Shown here in pieces: positions 28,349-32,000 of a DNA stretch of 32,000 nucleotides; position 1 is the first letter of the stretch, and each line of letters begins with the position of its first letter. The DNA lies in NCBI GenBank assembly GCA_037071015.1, contig JBAMOY010000001.1, positions 831,478-863,477 of the forward strand, written 5' to 3'. This DNA comes from Bacilli bacterium. Its GTDB lineage: Bacteria > Bacillota_I > Bacilli_A > RF39 > UBA660. A model generated the notes under the pieces. The model worked only from the letters and a program-made list of their open reading frames with translations. It was not told the origin of the DNA and searched no databases. The position numbers and the translations under genes were made by a program.

Positions 28349-28375
28349 TTAGCACTCGTCAATTGTGAGTGCTAA
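28349..28375. promoter_or_regulatory. CIRCE operator (HrcA binding site) overlapping the clpB promoter
   Basis: Perfect TTAGCACTC-N9-GAGTGCTAA. On the minus strand its spacer supplies TTGACG as the -35, followed 17 nt later by TATAAT. Confidence 0.9.
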
Positions 28376-28380
28376 TTTTC

Positions 28381-29220
28381 TTAAATTGATTTGCGATACA
28401 TATCTAAATTCTTATCCAAATTAAATAATTGCTCATCAATCATATTAAGATTGTAATTAAACCATTTATTCCAAGCATTATCATCTTTCTCTATCGCTAG
28501 ATTTTTAATAATTCCACGATATTGTGGTCTAGTTAGTAAGTAATTTTTAGATAGATAAAGACTTGGATATGGTAAATCAACCATCATATTTTCCTTACTT
28601 AATTGCCACATTTTGCCGTGTTGAATCACACGTGCTAATCTAGTATTACCATTACCAAATGGTTGAATATACGCTATCAAAGCATGAACAATCAAAGGCT
28701 TAATAAAAATATTATTAAATAAATCATTATCACCTTTATTATTTAAAAAATCTAAAGTATAAGTTATTAATTCTTCTACTTCTTTGTAATCAGGTGGCAT
28801 ATAATCTACTCGTTGCTCACCATTAGTACCATAATAACCTACCCATTTATTATTATCAGCTCGATAATCATAATTTTCTGGTATATCATCAATACTTCCC
28901 TTTATTACGACACGATGTATTTTTTTTAACTCTTCTTTAGTTATTTTACCATCATTAAAATTTTTCATCATAATATCAATAGAATCTTTTCTTTGTGATA
29001 ACTGATAAAGTTCAACTAAAAAACTCTCTTCTAACTCAGTCTCTTGATTGTTGACAATTTCCCTGTTTTTTAATGTAATTAAAAAGTATTTCAGATATTT
29101 GGGTTCTAATTTCAATAAATTTGCCAAATATTCTTGATATTGTTGATAAGTATCATCCAAGTGAAATAAAGTATTATCAAATATTTTAATATTACTTATA
29201 CCACCAACTAATTTATCCAT
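28381..29220 (-). CDS. Fic-fold protein with a degenerate active-site motif
   Basis: Fic motif position reads QPFGNGNTRLAR (28630..28665), against the canonical HxFx[D/E]GNGRxxR. I prefer ATG 29220 (MDKLVGG), because the TTGACA-17-TATACT promoter lies within the first 39 nt of the longer track ORF. Confidence 0.7.
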   Translation of the reverse strand: MDKLVGGISNIKIFDNTLFHLDDTYQQYQEYLANLLKLEPKYLKYFLITLKNREIVNNQETELEESFLVELYQLSQRKDSIDIMMKNFNDGKITKEELKKIHRVVIKGSIDDIPENYDYRADNNKWVGYYGTNGEQRVDYMPPDYKEVEELITYTLDFLNNKGDNDLFNNIFIKPLIVHALIAYIQPFGNGNTRLARVIQHGKMWQLSKENMMVDLPYPSLYLSKNYLLTRPQYRGIIKNLAIEKDDNAWNKWFNYNLNMIDEQLFNLDKNLDMYRKSI

Positions 29221-29274
29221 ACTATTCACCACCAACCGCAAATAGTATAATATTAACAATTAAATTTGTCAAAT

Positions 29275-29302
29275 AGCAAAAAAATAATCCTTACGGATTA
29301 TT
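29275..29302 (-). terminator. Rho-independent terminator of the infC-rpmI-rplT operon
   Basis: Minus strand AAUAAUCC-GUAA-GGAUUAUU followed by UUUUUGC. The 5' arm overlaps the rplT stop codon. Confidence 0.65.
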
Positions 29303-29843
29303 TTAAAGCATCAATAAGTTCAGCTTTTTTCATAGTTGAAGCACCTTCAACATTCTTTTCTTTTGCTAAAGCACGAAGCTCAGCAACTGTCATTTTAGAT
29401 AAATCTTTACTTTCTTCTTTAGTTTCTTTTTTTGCTTCTTTCTTAACAGTTTCCTTTTTAACTGGTTTTTCATCGTCAAATTTCTTTCCAGCTAAAGCAG
29501 CATTGGCAACTTCAACTAAATCAGTGAAAGCTTTAGGATTATCGATAGCTATTTCACTTAACATCTTACGATTAATAGTAACACCAGCTTTTGATAAACC
29601 ATTAATAAATTTTGAATAGCTAATATTATTCATACGGCAAGCCGCATTAATTCTAGTTATCCATAACTTTCTAAAATCTCTTTTCTTTTGTCTTCTATCT
29701 CTATAAGAATACTTTAATGAATGCATTACTTGTTCATTTGCAGTCCTATAAAGTCTATGTTTACTTCCAAAATAACCTTTGGCAAGTTTCATTACTTTTT
29801 TATGACGAGCACGACTAATCGTACCACCTTTAACTCTTGGCAT
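29298..29843 (-). CDS. rplT: 50S ribosomal protein L20 with a C-terminal extension of about 60 aa (Lys/Glu-rich linker plus a Rho_N/SAP-like helix-extended-helix)
   Basis: Canonical L20 core [26 protein letters not shown]... for about 120 aa, then [53 protein letters not shown]. Confidence 0.9.
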   Translation of the reverse strand: MPRVKGGTISRARHKKVMKLAKGYFGSKHRLYRTANEQVMHSLKYSYRDRRQKKRDFRKLWITRINAACRMNNISYSKFINGLSKAGVTINRKMLSEIAIDNPKAFTDLVEVANAALAGKKFDDEKPVKKETVKKEAKKETKEESKDLSKMTVAELRALAKEKNVEGASTMKKAELIDALK

Positions 29844-29867
29844 TGTTATTCCTCCTTCTCAAAATTC

Positions 29868-30056
29868 CTATATAATTTCTTTAATTCTCTTATAATCACT
29901 ATTACTTAATAATGACCCTTTACGGCTTTTACGATTTGAAGCCGCATTCTTTTTACCAGTATTATGTCTACTACCAGGTGTACCTATTTTAATAGTTCCA
30001 CCAGGTCTAACTTTACATACTTTAGCAGTACCTTTATGTGTTTTTAATTTTGGCAT
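29868..30056 (-). CDS. rpmI: 50S ribosomal protein L35
   Basis: MPKLKTHKGTAKV... is a small basic protein lying between infC and rplT. Confidence 0.9.
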   Translation of the reverse strand: MPKLKTHKGTAKVCKVRPGGTIKIGTPGSRHNTGKKNAASNRKSRKGSLLSNSDYKRIKEII

Positions 30057-30067
30057 AAAATTTCCTC

Positions 30068-30598
30068 CTATTTTTCTTTTCTTGGTATTAGCATCATAGT
30101 CATAAATCGCCCTTCAAGTTTTGGTTTTTGTTCAACTTCAGCAAGAGCACTAACAGCTTCAGCAAAACGATTTAAAACAGCCTCTCCCAATTCAGGATGC
30201 GCTAATTCACGTCCTTTAAATCGAATTGAAACTTTAACTTTGTGACCCTTTTCTAAATACTTTGATGAATTACGAACTCGCGTATCAAAATCGTGAACAT
30301 CAATTGTTACCGATAAACGGTATTCCTTAATCTCTAAATTAGTTTCGCGTTGTTTCTTTAAATTTTCTTTAGCTTTCTTTTTAGACTCATACTTATATTT
30401 ATTATAATCCATGATTTTACAAACCTGTGGATTAGCGTTAGGACTAATTAATACAAGATCAAAACCTGCATAGTTAGCTAAAGTCAAAGCATCTTCACGA
30501 CTCTTGATTCCTAATTTTTCACCATTTGGACCAATAACCATAACTTCTTTGGCACGAATTTGTTCATTTATAAACAAATCTTTATTCTTACTTGCGAT
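30068..30598 (-). CDS. infC: Translation initiation factor IF-3, probably with a non-AUG (AUC) start
   Basis: INEQIRAKEVMVIGPNGEKLGI is the typical IF-3 N-terminus. GGAGGTG (30605..30611) sits 8 nt upstream of ATC 30596..30598. The longer track ORF (GTG 30631) would be translated through the attenuator hairpin and the RBS. Confidence 0.8.
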   Translation of the reverse strand: MASKNKDLFINEQIRAKEVMVIGPNGEKLGIKSREDALTLANYAGFDLVLISPNANPQVCKIMDYNKYKYESKKKAKENLKKQRETNLEIKEYRLSVTIDVHDFDTRVRNSSKYLEKGHKVKVSIRFKGRELAHPELGEAVLNRFAEAVSALAEVEQKPKLEGRFMTMMLIPRKEK

Positions 30599-30612
30599 AC
30601 GTGACACCTCCG

Positions 30613-30771
30613 ATAAAAAAAGTGAATACACACTGTATCCACTTACCTTATATAATTTGAGTATATATTTGGCATAAAACCCAAAGCTATCAGCAATCGG
30701 GTGAGTGTGGATACACTGCTTTCCTTTTTAAATTTCTATTATAGTATACATATAAATTATATGTTTGTCAA
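30613..30771 (-). promoter_or_regulatory. infC operon promoter and L20-type leader with terminator/antiterminator alternatives
   Basis: Promoter TTGACA (30766..30771), 17-nt spacer, TATACT (30743..30748). Terminator GUGGAUAC-AGUGU-GUAUUCAC plus U7 (30613..30642). The upstream segment CAGUGUAUCCAC (about 30707..30718) can pair with the 5' arm of the terminator instead. Confidence 0.65.
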
Positions 30772-30783
30772 CAAAAATTATCA

Positions 30784-31872
30784 TTAATTAATTTTTTTTA
30801 TACTTTTAAAAGCAAGAACTTGACCCTTTTTTTGTGGTTCTTCATCATAATCGCTAAAATCTTCTTTTATAATATCTGTACTAAACAATTCATCTATAAG
30901 TTCCGAAATAAATATGTATAATTTTCTACATTTAAAATTACTAGTCGTACTAAAAAGACATTTATTACTATTAATATTATTACCAATATCTTCATCAAAA
31001 CTATCATATTTACTAAATATATCAAATACTCCCTTAGTTTTAGCAACTTGTATAATTAAATTTTGAAAAGAAAAATCAAGTACCATTTTTTCTTTCTCAA
31101 TATAATCTATAACCTGATTATAAACCATAAGAACGCGAATTTCATTTAAATTGTCAAGATATATATTCCAATTACGTCCCACTCTTTGTATATCTTTATT
31201 CAAATCACTCACAATACTAATATTAGTAGCGATATAAGATGATAAATAACTGTCAACATTAGATAGGTACCCAACTATAAAATTATTAATTCCCTGATCT
31301 TCTATTTGCTCAAACTTCTTAAATTTTTCATGTAAAAATAACTCTAAAGATGTCTGATAAAATATGTTTTCTACCATCTTCTTCGCCAAATAATCCGTAA
31401 TAATTTTACTGTCACCATAACTATCAATAATAAAGAAAAATCCTTTGCCTATCGTATCCTTTACTTCTTCATTTTCTATAAATTGTAAATTCCCCACAAT
31501 TTCTGAAAAAATTCTGGTTTCTGCTACTACAAGGCATAATCCATAATCAAAGCACTCTTCCTTATCCAGTAAACCGTTCATTATAATTAATAATTCTAAA
31601 TTTTGTTTAAAATCTTTTTTCATTTCAAGAAAATCATCAGCTATGCCTTTGATAAATTTTTTATCATCTTTAAATGTTTCAACCATAAAACGAATAAAAT
31701 TATAATTTTCTTTTACATCTTTCGAACATAATTTGTAAATTTTTTTGTCTTTAGTATATTTGATAACCTCCATCATAAATTCAGGATCATTTTCAAGTTC
31801 ATCGATATCATGTCCTATAATATCTTCACCCCAGACATAATTTCTAATTAAACTATTATCATATTTTTTCAT
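30784..31872 (-). CDS. Hypothetical protein (helical; possibly the same loose repeat class as the 1..1673 ORF)
   Basis: Long ORF behind an AAGGGGA RBS. No catalytic motif recognised. Confidence 0.55.
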   Translation of the reverse strand: MKKYDNSLIRNYVWGEDIIGHDIDELENDPEFMMEVIKYTKDKKIYKLCSKDVKENYNFIRFMVETFKDDKKFIKGIADDFLEMKKDFKQNLELLIIMNGLLDKEECFDYGLCLVVAETRIFSEIVGNLQFIENEEVKDTIGKGFFFIIDSYGDSKIITDYLAKKMVENIFYQTSLELFLHEKFKKFEQIEDQGINNFIVGYLSNVDSYLSSYIATNISIVSDLNKDIQRVGRNWNIYLDNLNEIRVLMVYNQVIDYIEKEKMVLDFSFQNLIIQVAKTKGVFDIFSKYDSFDEDIGNNINSNKCLFSTTSNFKCRKLYIFISELIDELFSTDIIKEDFSDYDEEPQKKGQVLAFKSIKKIN

Positions 31873-32000
31873 TTAATAAAATCCCCTTTGGTATCCGCTA
31901 CTATACAATAAAAATAATCAATAGTCAATATTAATTAGTTATTATTTTAAACCTATAAAACCAATTTACATTAAAATACATTAGTTAACAAAAAAACTTT

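Noticed and set aside
12647-29909. The remaining plus-strand track ORFs (12647..12886, 15316..15513, 19437..19769, 20950..21144, 22654..22854, 23083..23283, 27238..27633, 29266..29619, 29721..29909)
   Set aside because: Each is antisense to a well-supported minus-strand gene (valS, spoVID-like, lon, clpB, rplT) or spans the T-box leader. None has a convincing RBS, and their Ser/Leu/Phe-rich compositions are typical of antisense shadows.
1-32000. CRISPR arrays, rRNA or tRNA genes, IS elements or integrases
   Set aside because: I saw no short regularly spaced repeats, no GC-rich tRNA-like cloverleaf candidates in the short intergenic gaps, and no transposase or integrase motifs in any frame I read. 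This was an eye scan, so tRNAscan and CRISPR tools should confirm it.

Overview
This is a low-GC (about 28-30%) Bacillota-type chromosomal segment. Every convincing gene lies on the minus strand. Core genes present are lepA, valS behind a T-box leader, lon, an N-terminally short clpB behind a perfect CIRCE operator, the infC-rpmI-rplT operon with an L20-type attenuator leader, a U32 peptidase, and sporulation genes (spoVID-like, ysxE/CotS-like, SpoIIID-like). An accessory block of about 8 kb (3878-11785) sits between lepA and valS. Its main component is a diversity-generating retroelement (DGR). The DGR has an Avd-like four-helix-bundle gene and a 73-nt template repeat (TR, 11050-11122). It also has a structured spacer and a reverse transcriptase carrying the DGR-specific LGxxxSQ and YMDD motifs. 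A 72-nt variable-repeat copy (VR, 9453-9524) lies inside the 5' part of the downstream gene. That target is unusual because its N-terminal lectin-like ligand-binding module is fused to a MoxR-type AAA+ ATPase. The target is translationally coupled to a degenerate AAA-like protein and a zinc-metallopeptidase/VWA protein. In this sequence the VR matches the TR at every adenine. It therefore carries the TR-encoded in-frame TAG, and it is also one A short in a homopolymer run, which splits the target into 73-aa and 540-aa ORFs. Undoing both lesions restores a single 647-codon frame. I read this as a DGR-diversified sensor coupled to a MoxR/VWA/peptidase module, a candidate conflict or defence system, captured in a template-identical OFF state. 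The island also holds an orphan type IV pilin next to a Wzy_C/O-antigen-ligase-family protein, which may be a pilin O-glycosylation pair. Other oddities are ribosomal protein L20 with a Rho_N/SAP-like C-terminal tail, a Fic-fold protein lacking the catalytic His, and a probable non-AUG infC start. A long minus-strand ORF (1-1673) is missing from the supplied ORF track. I saw no rRNA, tRNA, CRISPR array or transposase.
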